NCBI GenBank assembly: GCA_029932385.1
Contig: JAOZQE010000001.1
Location: forward strand, 1,475-65,474
DNA length: 64,000 nt
DNA from: a bacterium
GTDB taxonomy: Bacteria > Desulfobacterota > Anaeroferrophillalia > Anaeroferrophillales > Tharpellaceae
Direction: 5' to 3'
Below the pieces are notes generated by a model. It made no database searches, was not told the origin of the DNA, and saw only the letters and a program-made list of their open reading frames with translations. This document shows, piece after piece, positions 29,457-39,833 of this stretch. A program made the translations under genes and the position numbers. Numbering within the stretch: the stretch's first letter is position 1; each line of letters starts with the position of its first letter.

Positions 29457-30113
29457 CTAGCGATTCCCTAAAGGAATACCAAAGTCACGGTAGATGCGGA
29501 AGAAAAAATGCGGGTATCTTGCCGGGGTCGCAATAAAAGGTAGTTCCGTTTTCGGGTCGATTTTGGCAAATTCGGAAAAGATCTTCTCTTCAGCAGTATA
29601 GTCAAAAGCGTAAATCAAATCTAAATGAATCCAGTGGCCATCCCACGGCAGAAAACGCCCGGCCAGAATCCAGTCGTCATCAGCAACCCGGGCGAGGATG
29701 GGGTCGTCTAAGACTATACCCTGATCTTCATTCGGAAACAGCGGCACCATATCAAGGTAGCGGCGCTCACGCCGGGCAGTCATCTGAAAGAGTGATAAAC
29801 GGGTCTCCTTAAGATATGCTTCTAAAAGCTGGCGCTGGAGAGCTGGGAAAAAATCATCATTCTGCTGCTCAAGATAGACCTCAATCGGAGATCGGCCATC
29901 AATCTTCTCGCGAAAAATGAGCTGATCAACCAAGGCGCTGGTATCTCCATCTTTTTCCAGCTTAAGTTTTTTATTAGGACCTATCAAACCAAACTCTTTG
30001 CCAACCCGGGCAATAGTCGGGCCGTCAAAAAGTTTAGCCACTGCGGTATTGACTTTGGTCATCCTCTGTTTCAAGAGGTTATGTTCACGCTGTTCACGGC
30101 GAAATAGAAGCAC
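29457..30113 (-). CDS. hypothetical protein, no recognisable family
   Basis: 218 aa ORF filling the gap between the AMP-ligase and rpoH on the same strand; true start may be the internal Met (MTKVN). Confidence 0.5.
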   Translation of the reverse strand: MLLFRREQREHNLLKQRMTKVNTAVAKLFDGPTIARVGKEFGLIGPNKKLKLEKDGDTSALVDQLIFREKIDGRSPIEVYLEQQNDDFFPALQRQLLEAYLKETRLSLFQMTARRERRYLDMVPLFPNEDQGIVLDDPILARVADDDWILAGRFLPWDGHWIHLDLIYAFDYTAEEKIFSEFAKIDPKTELPFIATPARYPHFFFRIYRDFGIPLGNR

Positions 30114-30191
30114 AGTTTTCCCTGTTTAAGAATATAAAAGCCAGTTAATTTAAGATAACAGGGCCGTATCATCCGACGCGGCCCTGTCTCT

Positions 30192-31757
30192 CTATAGCTT
30201 AAACATCTCCTGATGACCAGCATATTTTTCCCGGAGTTTCGGTTTTTCAATCTTGCCGGTCGGATTTCTAGGGATATCATCAAAGAAAAACGTCCGCGGT
30301 CGCTTATAACGCGGCAGCCCCTGACAGAAAGAATCCATATCAGCCTCGGTCAGCCGGCGGCCCGGTTTGAGATCGATAATAGCAGCGACTATTTCCCCCA
30401 GACGTTCATCCGACAGACCGATAACCGCGACATCGTTGATATCTTTATGACCCTGCAAAAAATCTTCGATCTCTACCGGGAAAATATTCTCTCCGCCGGT
30501 AATAATGATATCTTTTTTACGATCAACCAGAAAGATAAAACCATCTTCATCCATCTGCGCGACATCCCCGGTATAGAGCCAGCCATCCCGCAGAGAGCGG
30601 GCTGTTTCATCCGGATTTTTATAGTATTCACGCATAACTCCCGGGCCTCTGACCAAGAGCTCCCCTTTGCCGCCCAGGGGTACCGGCTCGCCAAGCGCAT
30701 CGACAATCCGACACTCCCAGTCAAACCCGGGAATCCCGATGGCACCAACCTTATGAGTATTGCCCATACCCAGGTGGACACATCCGGGGCCGGTCGATTC
30801 ACTAAGACCGTAATTAGTATCATAATCATGCCCGGGAAAGGTTTGTAGCCACTCTTTAATCAAACTTGGCGGTACCGGCTGCGCCCCGATGTGCATCAGC
30901 CGCCATTGGTCAAGTTTATATTTTTTCAGATCGATGCTTCCATCTTCAATCGCATTCAGAATATCCTGGGCCCAGGGAACCAGAAGCCAGACGATCGTCC
31001 CCCCCTCCTCTGAAACCGCATCAAGAATCCATTCAGGCTTAGCCCCTTTGAGGATTACTGCTTTAGCTCCGACAATAAAATTGCCGAACCAGTGCATCTT
31101 GGCCCCGGTGTGATAAAGCGGCGGAATGAGAATAAGATTATCGTCATGGGTCTGAAGATGATGCCGGTTCTCGACAATACAGGAAGATTCGAGATTTCCG
31201 TGGGTCAGCAGAATTGGTTTCGGCAAACCGGTGGTACCGGAAGTAAAATAGAGGGCCGCACTTTCATCCGGGCTGAATTTCAACTGCGGATCAGTTGTGT
31301 CACAATCACCGATCAGATCAAGATAATTCTCAACCCCGGCGAGATCACAGGCACCGAGACTGAAAAAATATTTAACTGAGGTAAGCTCATCTTTTACCGC
31401 CGCAACCCGGGTGAAAAATTCGGGGCCGAAAAACATAACATCCGCTTCAGTAACGGCAATACAATGTTTAATATTCTCACTGTCAAAACGAAAATTGAGT
31501 GGCACCACCCAGGCCCCACTCCGTAGAATACCGAAATAGAGCGGCAGCCATTCCATTGAGTTCATAAAAAGATGAACCACTTTACTACCGGGACCAATTC
31601 CCCGGGAACGGAGAAGATTGGCGATCTGATTCGCCTGCCGGTCAAATTCCAACCAGCTTATCTCACGGCGTGTATCATTTTCCGGATCTCTTTCAATCAG
31701 AGCTGTTTCATCCGCATACATGCGCCCATTCCGGGCCAGAATCTCAGTAATCAGCAT
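30192..31757 (-). CDS. AMP-dependent synthetase/ligase (acyl- or aryl-CoA ligase)
   Basis: 521 aa; YFTSGTTGLPKP AMP-binding motif, YKTGD-like (LYTGDVAQMDEDG) and C-terminal lid. Confidence 0.85.
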   Translation of the reverse strand: MLITEILARNGRMYADETALIERDPENDTRREISWLEFDRQANQIANLLRSRGIGPGSKVVHLFMNSMEWLPLYFGILRSGAWVVPLNFRFDSENIKHCIAVTEADVMFFGPEFFTRVAAVKDELTSVKYFFSLGACDLAGVENYLDLIGDCDTTDPQLKFSPDESAALYFTSGTTGLPKPILLTHGNLESSCIVENRHHLQTHDDNLILIPPLYHTGAKMHWFGNFIVGAKAVILKGAKPEWILDAVSEEGGTIVWLLVPWAQDILNAIEDGSIDLKKYKLDQWRLMHIGAQPVPPSLIKEWLQTFPGHDYDTNYGLSESTGPGCVHLGMGNTHKVGAIGIPGFDWECRIVDALGEPVPLGGKGELLVRGPGVMREYYKNPDETARSLRDGWLYTGDVAQMDEDGFIFLVDRKKDIIITGGENIFPVEIEDFLQGHKDINDVAVIGLSDERLGEIVAAIIDLKPGRRLTEADMDSFCQGLPRYKRPRTFFFDDIPRNPTGKIEKPKLREKYAGHQEMFKL

Positions 31758-32064
31758 ATAACTCCCTTTAACTTTCTTATATTAATGATATATAAATTTG
31801 AGAAAACCTGCGGAAAATTACTTTCATAGCGGTAATGCAACCGTTACTTTCACCATAGGCTTTTGAACTTTAGGGGCATTGCAATTTTCAGACCGCAGGC
31901 CGCATTCATACCGTAATCTTTATTCCCGACTTTGCTTTGGTCTGGTTCCACATCCTGCCACTAATTCAATGAAAAACTCTTCACCGACTGGCGGTAAATT
32001 TTCCCCGACCGGCAGCACCCTAAAAGGGTTGCCAAAAGATTAACAACAAGGTAGATTAAGAACC

Positions 32065-34350
32065 ATGACAACTATCCACTGCAAAGTCAAAAGAGTAAGC
32101 TACAGCAATGTAGAAAACGGTTATGTCGTGCTTAAGGGCGAGAGTGACAAACGACTGATAACCGCCGTCGGCAACCTGCCTGCGGGGCTTGCCGGCGACA
32201 AGTTGCAGGGAGTTGAATTCGAGTTTGACGGCCAGTGGGAGATGAGCCGGTACGGGCGCCAGTTCGCATTCGTTAAAGCCCGGATCATTACCAATGAAAC
32301 TTTCTATTTTCTCGCCAAGGTTGTTAAAGGTCTAGGGGATAAACTGGCCCGCAGGCTTCTTGAACACTATGGAGAAAAAGAACTTACCCGGATTTTTGAA
32401 AATGAGCCGGAAAAACTTCTTGAGTTTAAAGGTATTAAAGAGAAGAAGTTAAAACAGATTCAGAGTTCATGGGAGCAACGGAAAAACCTGAGAAATCTTT
32501 CAGAATTTCTCCTGCCCCACGGCATTACCCCCAATCTTCTGATCCGCATATTCAATGCTTTGGGCGATGATGCGGTACAAAAAATTCGTTTCAACCCCTA
32601 CTCGCTGACCGAAATTCGCGGAATCGGCTTCAAAACAGCCGATGAAATCGCCCGCAAGCTTGGTCTAAGTTTTACCTCCCCGCACCGGATTGAAGCTGCG
32701 ATCAATCATCTTCTGCTTGAAGCCGGTGATCAGAATGGTCACACTTATCTTGAAACAGAAACCTTATCTCTGCAACTCAGTGAGCTGCTAGATGATGAGA
32801 CTGAACAGGTTGACTCGGCAACTGTTACTGAAGTCATTAATAAAATGGAGCAAAATGGTAAAATTGTTCTTGACCGGAAACAAAATATTATCGCTCTGAA
32901 AGCTTTCCATTTCATGGAGAGTTTCCTTGAAAAGTTTTTCCACGACCGCTCTCGGGAACAATTCAAGCCGCTCTTAAAAAGCGCTGAGCTTGAGCTCTTT
33001 ATTGACCGTCAGCAACAACGACTCGGCTTTGATCTGGCCCCGGAGCAGCGCCAGATAATCACCATGATCGGCACCGGCAAACGCCGTCTCTATGCTCTCT
33101 CAGGCTATGCCGGTACCGGGAAATCTACAATTGCCCGGCTCATCCTTAATCTCCTGGCGGAAAATTTCTGTGAACGCAAGCAGATAACCTGCTGCGCCTT
33201 TACCGGTATGGCTGCGGCTCGAGTCCGCAAATTAAGTGGTTTTCAAGCTTATACAATTCATTCACTGCTCAGATATCAGGGCGATAATCATTTCGAATTC
33301 AACCGGGAAAAACCTCTACCCTACAAGGTCATTCTCCTTGACGAAGCGGGCATGGTCAACACCCAGATATTCTATCGTCTGACCTTAGCCGTCGCCCCGG
33401 AAACCATCTTTATCATGATCGGTGATCCGGCCCAGCTACCGCCGATTGGTGCGGGTAATGTGTTTGCTGATATCCTCGATAAACCCTACCTTGAACATAC
33501 GAGTCTGACCCGCATATTCCGCCAGAGTGAAAATTCAGTTCTGGTCTATTTTGCCAATATTATCCGTAAAGGTGAACTGCCGCCGGATTATGAGAACAAC
33601 TATGAGGATTTTATCTTCATGCGTGAAGATATCCCGAATTATCTGCAGTTAAAGAGAGAGTTGCCGGAAAAAGAGTTACGGGAAATAAGAGGAATGTGTA
33701 ATGACCGGATCCGCGAACTCATCTTGGAACTGGCGGCCAAAGCGGTTACCCGCCTGAAGTTTCCGACTTGGGATTTTCAGGTTCTAACCCCGGTTCGCCG
33801 CGGTCCTCTGGGGACCGAGATTCTGAATCATCAACTTCAGAATGTGTTTAACCCGAACAGCATCTGTCAAACGGAACGTTTCGGGACGATTTTCAAGGTC
33901 GACGATAAGGTTGTGCATTTGCAGAACAAGGATATGGAGTGCGCCCGTTATCAGGTCGAAACTTCGCCGGGTCACATCGATAGCTGGCACCGGCAACGTA
34001 TTTTCAACGGTTTTGTAGGTATCATCAAAGAGATAGATCTTGACAACGAACTCTTCTATGTGGTCTATCCGGGCCCTTTGGTAGTGCGCTACAAATTTGA
34101 TCAGATCCGTGACATTATTGATCTTGCCTACTGCCTGACCGTTCATAAAGCTCAGGGTAGCCAGTATAAATATGTTGCGATTCCTTTAAGCAACAGCCAT
34201 TTTATGATGCTTAATAATAAATGGTTTTATACGGCTATCACCAGGGCGGAAAAAAAGGTCTATCTGATCGGTCAGCAGTATGCGTTAAAAAGAGGTTGCA
34301 CAAACGTCGATACGACCATCCGTAATACTTTCTTATCATTAATAGATTAA
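32065..34350 (+). CDS. recD2: RecD2-type ATP-dependent DNA helicase
   Basis: 761 aa; N-terminal RecD2-specific domain with HhH, Walker A GYAGTGKST, Walker B LLDEAGMV, C-terminal SH3-like region. Confidence 0.85.
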   Translation: MTTIHCKVKRVSYSNVENGYVVLKGESDKRLITAVGNLPAGLAGDKLQGVEFEFDGQWEMSRYGRQFAFVKARIITNETFYFLAKVVKGLGDKLARRLLEHYGEKELTRIFENEPEKLLEFKGIKEKKLKQIQSSWEQRKNLRNLSEFLLPHGITPNLLIRIFNALGDDAVQKIRFNPYSLTEIRGIGFKTADEIARKLGLSFTSPHRIEAAINHLLLEAGDQNGHTYLETETLSLQLSELLDDETEQVDSATVTEVINKMEQNGKIVLDRKQNIIALKAFHFMESFLEKFFHDRSREQFKPLLKSAELELFIDRQQQRLGFDLAPEQRQIITMIGTGKRRLYALSGYAGTGKSTIARLILNLLAENFCERKQITCCAFTGMAAARVRKLSGFQAYTIHSLLRYQGDNHFEFNREKPLPYKVILLDEAGMVNTQIFYRLTLAVAPETIFIMIGDPAQLPPIGAGNVFADILDKPYLEHTSLTRIFRQSENSVLVYFANIIRKGELPPDYENNYEDFIFMREDIPNYLQLKRELPEKELREIRGMCNDRIRELILELAAKAVTRLKFPTWDFQVLTPVRRGPLGTEILNHQLQNVFNPNSICQTERFGTIFKVDDKVVHLQNKDMECARYQVETSPGHIDSWHRQRIFNGFVGIIKEIDLDNELFYVVYPGPLVVRYKFDQIRDIIDLAYCLTVHKAQGSQYKYVAIPLSNSHFMMLNNKWFYTAITRAEKKVYLIGQQYALKRGCTNVDTTIRNTFLSLID

Positions 34351-34399
34351 ATCCTTTTAGATTACATAAAAATACCAACAACCAGCGGCAGGTGTAGAA

Positions 34400-34543
34400 A
34401 TGGCTTTTAACAAGAGAAAGATAAATCGTATTTTAGGTAAAATTATGATGGGACTGGGAATTGTTTTCCTGCTCTATGTCGGTTATATGTACTTCGCCTA
34501 CTACTGCACCGACTGGCAAGGCAAAACCGAAAGTGTAAAATGA
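34400..34543 (+). CDS. putative 47 aa single-TM membrane peptide
   Basis: ATG start; basic N-terminus followed by a hydrophobic stretch GLGIVFLLYVGYMYFAYY; not in the ORF track because it is under 60 aa. Confidence 0.25.
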   Translation: MAFNKRKINRILGKIMMGLGIVFLLYVGYMYFAYYCTDWQGKTESVK

Positions 34544-34759
34544 AAACCGACTCCGAGCCTGGTTTATGCGGATCAGATCAACGAAAAAGCTATGTGCCGC
34601 GAAGAGCGGGCGGATGAGTTCTGTTGGATTCTACTTGTTAAATGGGTTAAATGCTGGCTAATACCAAAACTCAGACATAGGTGTTCCAGGCCGGTGCGGG
34701 TGTTATCGGATCAGCCCCACCCACACCGGATAAACAGTTATGAGATTTTATCCTGCGGT

Positions 34760-35239
34760 CTAAAAAGCAAGTGCTTTCTGCAACAATCCCATAGCCATTT
34801 CACTGCCGTTCTTTTTGACATAATCATAAATAACCGGCGTAAATTTATTCAGCATATCTTGATCCATACCGAGAGCATCAAAACTGCTCAAAAGACCAGC
34901 GGCATCACCCACGGACGAACCGGTCTTCCCCCCTAAGGCTGAAGCCGCACTACCGAGCATACTTGACTTGCTGTCAGCAGTTTTAGGGGCGAACTTCTGG
35001 AGTGTCTCAACCTCAGGCACCTCTTTTGAGAGTTCCTGGTAATCGTCCTTGTCCATCCTTTTTTCAGCCGTCTTAAAAATTGCTCCGGAACCCCCTTGGG
35101 CCTGGCTTTCACTGACTCCAAGTTTATCAATCAAAGTACTTACCAACCCCATATCTAGGGCTGAAGCCGAAGTCGGCATCAAAATTAACGAAAAAAACAG
35201 TAAGGCAGCAATTGATAATCCGGATATAAAATTCTTCAT
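34760..35239 (-). CDS. secreted protein, DUF2780-like (tentative)
   Basis: 159 aa; signal peptide; Gly/Ser/Ala-rich low-complexity core. Confidence 0.55.
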   Translation of the reverse strand: MKNFISGLSIAALLFFSLILMPTSASALDMGLVSTLIDKLGVSESQAQGGSGAIFKTAEKRMDKDDYQELSKEVPEVETLQKFAPKTADSKSSMLGSAASALGGKTGSSVGDAAGLLSSFDALGMDQDMLNKFTPVIYDYVKKNGSEMAMGLLQKALAF

Positions 35240-35321
35240 TATTCACTCTCCTTGATCTTCTATTAAATTACATAACAAAACTAAAACAACCATTAAAGTC
35301 TTCAATAGTCATGGTATAGCA

Positions 35322-36533
35322 CTACAATAAAATTTTTACAATCTGTATTTTGTTATTTCTTTCAATTTCCAAGGTTATTATTTCACCTTTGTTTTTCCGC
35401 GAAAGTAGAATGGAGAGAGCAATGGGATCTGACAGAGATTTCCCGTCACAGGTAATAATCAAGTCTCCAACCTCAAGGCCGTGCCCGGCAGCGACACTTT
35501 CTGATTCAACCATGACAATCCGGATGCCTTTTTCACTCTTTTCCAATCCAACTCCAAGCCGAGCCTGTTTATCTTTAAGGTTGCGATAGGGTACACACCA
35601 GAGATAATCACAGAGATACAGGGGCAAATCCGGAAAATCAACCTCCATCGTCCGGCGTTCATTTTCCACCATATCCAGTGGTGTATGAGTCAAAAGAGTA
35701 CAGTAGTCAGCCTTAGCAAGCTGAAAAACCCGTCGTGGCAAACCAAAGCCTTGGGCCACATGGAATCCACCACTAATAACCACAAGTATCTTATCCGCTC
35801 CTTCCGGGCTCGTAAGATAATCCTTAATATTTCGGGCCATAGTCGCTTCCCAAAGTTTATGAACTTCAAGAAAGATATCGATATTTCCGTGCCCCTTGGT
35901 ATGCCCCTTAAACATCGCCTGCAGGGCTTTCTCCTGATAGGGATCAGAAATTACCGGCGACGACTTTTCCGTAACCGCAGCGGCATGCATAACCTTCATC
36001 TTTTCACTGCGACTGATATTTAGCGCTCGAACCGGGATTTGACCGGCTTTAAGAAAAGTGAAAATTTCCCGGTAGTAAACAAAATTCGCAACCCCCCAGT
36101 CGGTCGCAAAAAGACGGATGAAATCATCTTCCGTCAGCTCATTTTGCAGCCAGCGATCGATTTTTTCCTGATTGGCATGTGATAACATCTCAAAACCAAC
36201 TGCCAAGCGGTCGGGAAAACGTTGAAAAAGAGTTTTTATTACTTCAAGTTCCACCTGGTGGTCATAGATATTGTCGTGTCCTTCACCAACAAAAATTATC
36301 TTTTTATCAGCCAGGAGGTCAAAAAGTTCAGATTTCGTTAAAAAAGTACCGGTCGGCAGATGGATAATCTCATCTTGCCGCATGGTACCGGGATCGACAT
36401 AAGGAGATGACAGCATTTTCGTCTCAGACATGATTTCAGGTTGAACTCCAGTGCATGAACTTAAAAATATCAGAGCAACAATTACCGACAGACATAAAAT
36501 TGAGGTTTTCATAATAGGGTTGCATTTATCCAT
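35322..36533 (-). CDS. ChaN-family (haem-binding uptake / Tiki-TraB superfamily) lipoprotein with C-terminal PDZ domain
   Basis: 403 aa; lipobox LSSC; FVGEGHDN motif; C-terminal PDZ (GIRIV...GLEVGDLIITCDG); coding sequence AT-rich. Confidence 0.6.
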   Translation of the reverse strand: MDKCNPIMKTSILCLSVIVALIFLSSCTGVQPEIMSETKMLSSPYVDPGTMRQDEIIHLPTGTFLTKSELFDLLADKKIIFVGEGHDNIYDHQVELEVIKTLFQRFPDRLAVGFEMLSHANQEKIDRWLQNELTEDDFIRLFATDWGVANFVYYREIFTFLKAGQIPVRALNISRSEKMKVMHAAAVTEKSSPVISDPYQEKALQAMFKGHTKGHGNIDIFLEVHKLWEATMARNIKDYLTSPEGADKILVVISGGFHVAQGFGLPRRVFQLAKADYCTLLTHTPLDMVENERRTMEVDFPDLPLYLCDYLWCVPYRNLKDKQARLGVGLEKSEKGIRIVMVESESVAAGHGLEVGDLIITCDGKSLSDPIALSILLSRKNKGEIITLEIERNNKIQIVKILL

Positions 36534-36592
36534 ATTTTACTGTTAGAAAGCTGACCGCTCACGAAAAGATATTTTCCATTTCCGAAACTAAT

Positions 36593-37909
36593 TTGAGTTA
36601 TTATTTGAATATAGAAAAAAAAATTCCCTTTTATTACGGATGGGTTATCGTCGCAACCTCATTTATAACTTTAGGGGTGGCCTTCGGCGTCTGGTACTCA
36701 TTTTCGGTTCTCTATATTGCGATTATAGATGATTTTTCCTGGTCGAGAGCCACAACTGCCGGCATCTTCTCTCTCTTTACTATTTCACACTATCTCTGTG
36801 CTTTTTTAACCGGCTGGCTGATTGACCGTTTCGGGCCTCGCCTGGTAATCCCGGCTGGAGCTTTATGGCTCTCTCTCTCCTTAAATCTGCTTACCCATGC
36901 CCGAGACTTATTCGACTTTTATCTGGTTTACGGGGTCATGGCGGCAATCGGAGTCAGTCTGATCGGCTTTGTTCCCCACTCAACTTTTCTGCCGCGCTGG
37001 TTCAGCAAACGCCGGGGCCTGGCTATCGGCTTGGCCATGGCCGGAGTCGGAGTCGGGATGCTGACGATTCCACCATTAATGCAGCACCTGATCAGCCTGC
37101 AAGGATGGCGCTACGCCTACCGTATACTCTCTATAATAGTGCTTTTAACTATTCCTATCAACCTCTTTTTCCAGCGCCGTGACCCACAGCAGATCGGATT
37201 ATCTCCTGACACTGCTACAACTATTCTCAATAATAACTTGCAGGAAACTGTCAAAATTAAAACTGATGATTTTCTGATCATGGATGAAAAGTGGGCCGCA
37301 ACCAGTTGGACCAGCCGGCGGGCACTAAAAACAAAACGTTTCTGGTATCTGGCGGCAGGTTTTTTCTTAGGACCTTTTGCGATCCAGGGGGTTCTCCTGC
37401 ATGCCGTAGCCGGTCTGGTTGATGGGGGCATGAGTGCTAAATGTGCAGCTGCAACCTTTGGCTTGTTGGGTATCTGCGGTTCAGTTGGCAAAATAACTTT
37501 AGGTTTTTTCGGTGATCGTTGGAATCGGGAAAAGGCGAATACGGCAGGTATGGTTGCAGCCACACTCGGAGTCCTGGCCCTGGCCGGAGTTAGCCTGCAA
37601 CCGCGGTTGCTGCCCTATATTTTCGCCCTCTGTTTCGGATTCGGTTATGGGGCAGTAGCTCCACTTTTTCCATCAATAGCGGCTGATATTTTTCAGGGAG
37701 AGCATTTCGGACGCATTTTCGGTCTACTCTCACTTAATCTCGGATTCGGCGGTGCCGCCGGGGCCTGGTTTGCCGGATATATTTTTGACCAAACAGGCTC
37801 ATATCAGATAGCTTTTATCATAGACATCATAGTTCTATGGCTCTCCTGTGCCTCCTTCTGGCTTGCTGCTCCTCGTAAAATCCGTCTCAGTCCGAAGCGG
37901 TCCGACTGA
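36593..37909 (+). CDS. MFS transporter
   Basis: 438 aa; TTG start; 12 TM helices with a central cytoplasmic loop. Confidence 0.8.
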   Translation: MSYYLNIEKKIPFYYGWVIVATSFITLGVAFGVWYSFSVLYIAIIDDFSWSRATTAGIFSLFTISHYLCAFLTGWLIDRFGPRLVIPAGALWLSLSLNLLTHARDLFDFYLVYGVMAAIGVSLIGFVPHSTFLPRWFSKRRGLAIGLAMAGVGVGMLTIPPLMQHLISLQGWRYAYRILSIIVLLTIPINLFFQRRDPQQIGLSPDTATTILNNNLQETVKIKTDDFLIMDEKWAATSWTSRRALKTKRFWYLAAGFFLGPFAIQGVLLHAVAGLVDGGMSAKCAAATFGLLGICGSVGKITLGFFGDRWNREKANTAGMVAATLGVLALAGVSLQPRLLPYIFALCFGFGYGAVAPLFPSIAADIFQGEHFGRIFGLLSLNLGFGGAAGAWFAGYIFDQTGSYQIAFIIDIIVLWLSCASFWLAAPRKIRLSPKRSD

Positions 37910-38008
37910 AAGAAAATGAATTGTTGACAAAACCTCTGCTACCTGACTATTTCAGATCATATAATACTGGTGCCACAAAAACCTTAAAATTTTTTAGAAT
38001 GAGACTAT

Positions 38009-38734
38009 ATGTTCAAATCAATCATTAATTTTTTCTATGCCTTGCGCAGTATAATTATTGTCGTTCCCAACACCTTTTTCTGGGCCTTAACCGGCAGCAT
38101 CTCAACCTTTACACCCTGGGGCAAAGCCGGAATTGAATTTGTCGGCAACTGGTGGGGATGGATCAATCTGCGACTGAACGGAGTTAAAGTCATCCACCGG
38201 GGACTGGAGAATATAGACCCAAAACAGACCTACATGGTCATCTCCAACCATAAAAGCTATCTTGATATTTATGCTATATTCAGCTGCCGGGCCCTCTACT
38301 GCCTTTTTGTCGCTAAACGGGAATTGACAAAAATTCCTATCTTCGGTACGGCTCTGAGTCGCAGCGGCTCAATCATTATCGACCGCGGCAACCGGCGCCA
38401 GGCGATTGAACAGCTACAAACCCAAGGTAAGGTTCTGAAAAAAAACGGTATATCAATTATTCTTTTTGCCGAAGGTACCCGGATGCCGGCTTCAATTCCT
38501 CTAGGTGAGTTTAAAAAGGGAGGGTTTGTTTTAGCATGTCAACTGGGTCTGCCGATCCTGCCCCTGACTATAAGCAACAGCGGTAATCTGCAACCTAAAG
38601 GTAAAATAGCAATTAAACCGGGTACCCTGACCATGACGTTCAGTCCACCAATCATGACCCCGGAAAATTACAATAAAGCTGAGATTGAAAGAATCATGGA
38701 GGAGACCAGAGAAGCAATCGCATCTCATCTGTAA
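38009..38734 (+). CDS. plsC: 1-acyl-sn-glycerol-3-phosphate acyltransferase family protein
   Basis: 241 aa; NHKSYLD (HX4D) and FAEGTR acyltransferase motifs. Confidence 0.8.
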   Translation: MFKSIINFFYALRSIIIVVPNTFFWALTGSISTFTPWGKAGIEFVGNWWGWINLRLNGVKVIHRGLENIDPKQTYMVISNHKSYLDIYAIFSCRALYCLFVAKRELTKIPIFGTALSRSGSIIIDRGNRRQAIEQLQTQGKVLKKNGISIILFAEGTRMPASIPLGEFKKGGFVLACQLGLPILPLTISNSGNLQPKGKIAIKPGTLTMTFSPPIMTPENYNKAEIERIMEETREAIASHL

Positions 38735-38861
38735 TGTAATCAAATTTGGAAGTGCGCTACAGAACTATTTTGAAGCACACTCCTCTCCTCTTTTCTTAAA
38801 AAAACCTTCTGCCGGAAGCTACCCGGTAAAGTAGCAATTAATCACCCGTTTGCTGATCTTT

Positions 38862-39743
38862 TTAGTAGAGAAGCCTCGATACCTCTCCCAGAAAACCATC
38901 GATTTTCATTTTGCCGGAAAGTTCCGGAACCTCTTTTACCGGCAGAGTACCGGCGGCCTGCAAAAGATTTTCCCGGCACTCCCGCTGCGCCTTATATTTA
39001 CCCTGCCAAAAAGGATGTTGCTCACAAACTTCCAATGGCAACAGTTTATTCAAAATGAAACCATTTACCTCAATTTTGAACTCGGTGAGTGATCTGGCTA
39101 TATCCAGGGCTTGTTCAACCGGCAGATGTTCCGGATTGGCGACAACCCAGGCACTGGTATCAGTTCTTAAAAGATCGATAATCTGAGCTGTCAATTTCAG
39201 CCACTTATCGATCAAAGTTAGCGGGTCAACTTTACTGAAGACACCTTTCACCTTCATGTAGACTTTCTGCGCCTGAGTCAGATGAGAGTAGAAAAGTTGC
39301 TGGATAAAGAGCAGATTTAGGGTGGTGACGGTTGGAGCCGTATCCCAGACAATGGTCTGGTAATTTCCCGATTGCGCCATGGTCAGCAGATAATCGAGCA
39401 TAAACTCCTCATCTATGCCCGGTGCCCCCTCGATATAATCAATAATCTCCCGACCCACCGGCAAAAAAGAAGAGAGTACCGTATATATTTCATCCGCGAA
39501 TTTTTCCCGCCAGAGGTCAAGTACCAGCCTGCGGGTCAACTCCACCGCATCAAGATTATCTGCGACAGAAACTATACTCTGGTCTAGAGGGCGAGCGAAG
39601 ATCTCCGAAAGTGAGCCGGATGGATCAGTCGAAATCAGCAAGGTCCGGCCAAGTTGAGCGTAATGGAGAGCGGTAGCCACGGACATTGTTGTTTTACCAA
39701 CCCCGCCCTTTCCCGTAAACATCTCAATCTTTGTCATTTTCAT
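38862..39743 (-). CDS. ArsA/Get3-family single-domain P-loop ATPase
   Basis: 293 aa; deviant Walker A GKGGVGKTT; single ATPase domain (half the length of a classical ArsA); no arsB or arsC adjacent. Confidence 0.8.
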   Translation of the reverse strand: MKMTKIEMFTGKGGVGKTTMSVATALHYAQLGRTLLISTDPSGSLSEIFARPLDQSIVSVADNLDAVELTRRLVLDLWREKFADEIYTVLSSFLPVGREIIDYIEGAPGIDEEFMLDYLLTMAQSGNYQTIVWDTAPTVTTLNLLFIQQLFYSHLTQAQKVYMKVKGVFSKVDPLTLIDKWLKLTAQIIDLLRTDTSAWVVANPEHLPVEQALDIARSLTEFKIEVNGFILNKLLPLEVCEQHPFWQGKYKAQRECRENLLQAAGTLPVKEVPELSGKMKIDGFLGEVSRLLY

Positions 39744-39833
39744 ACCATCCAGATACTATATGTAATGAAAAAGGTCCCGGCGAAACCGGAACCTTTTAAT
39801 TAAAATATTCAGAACTCAAACCGGTATATTTTT

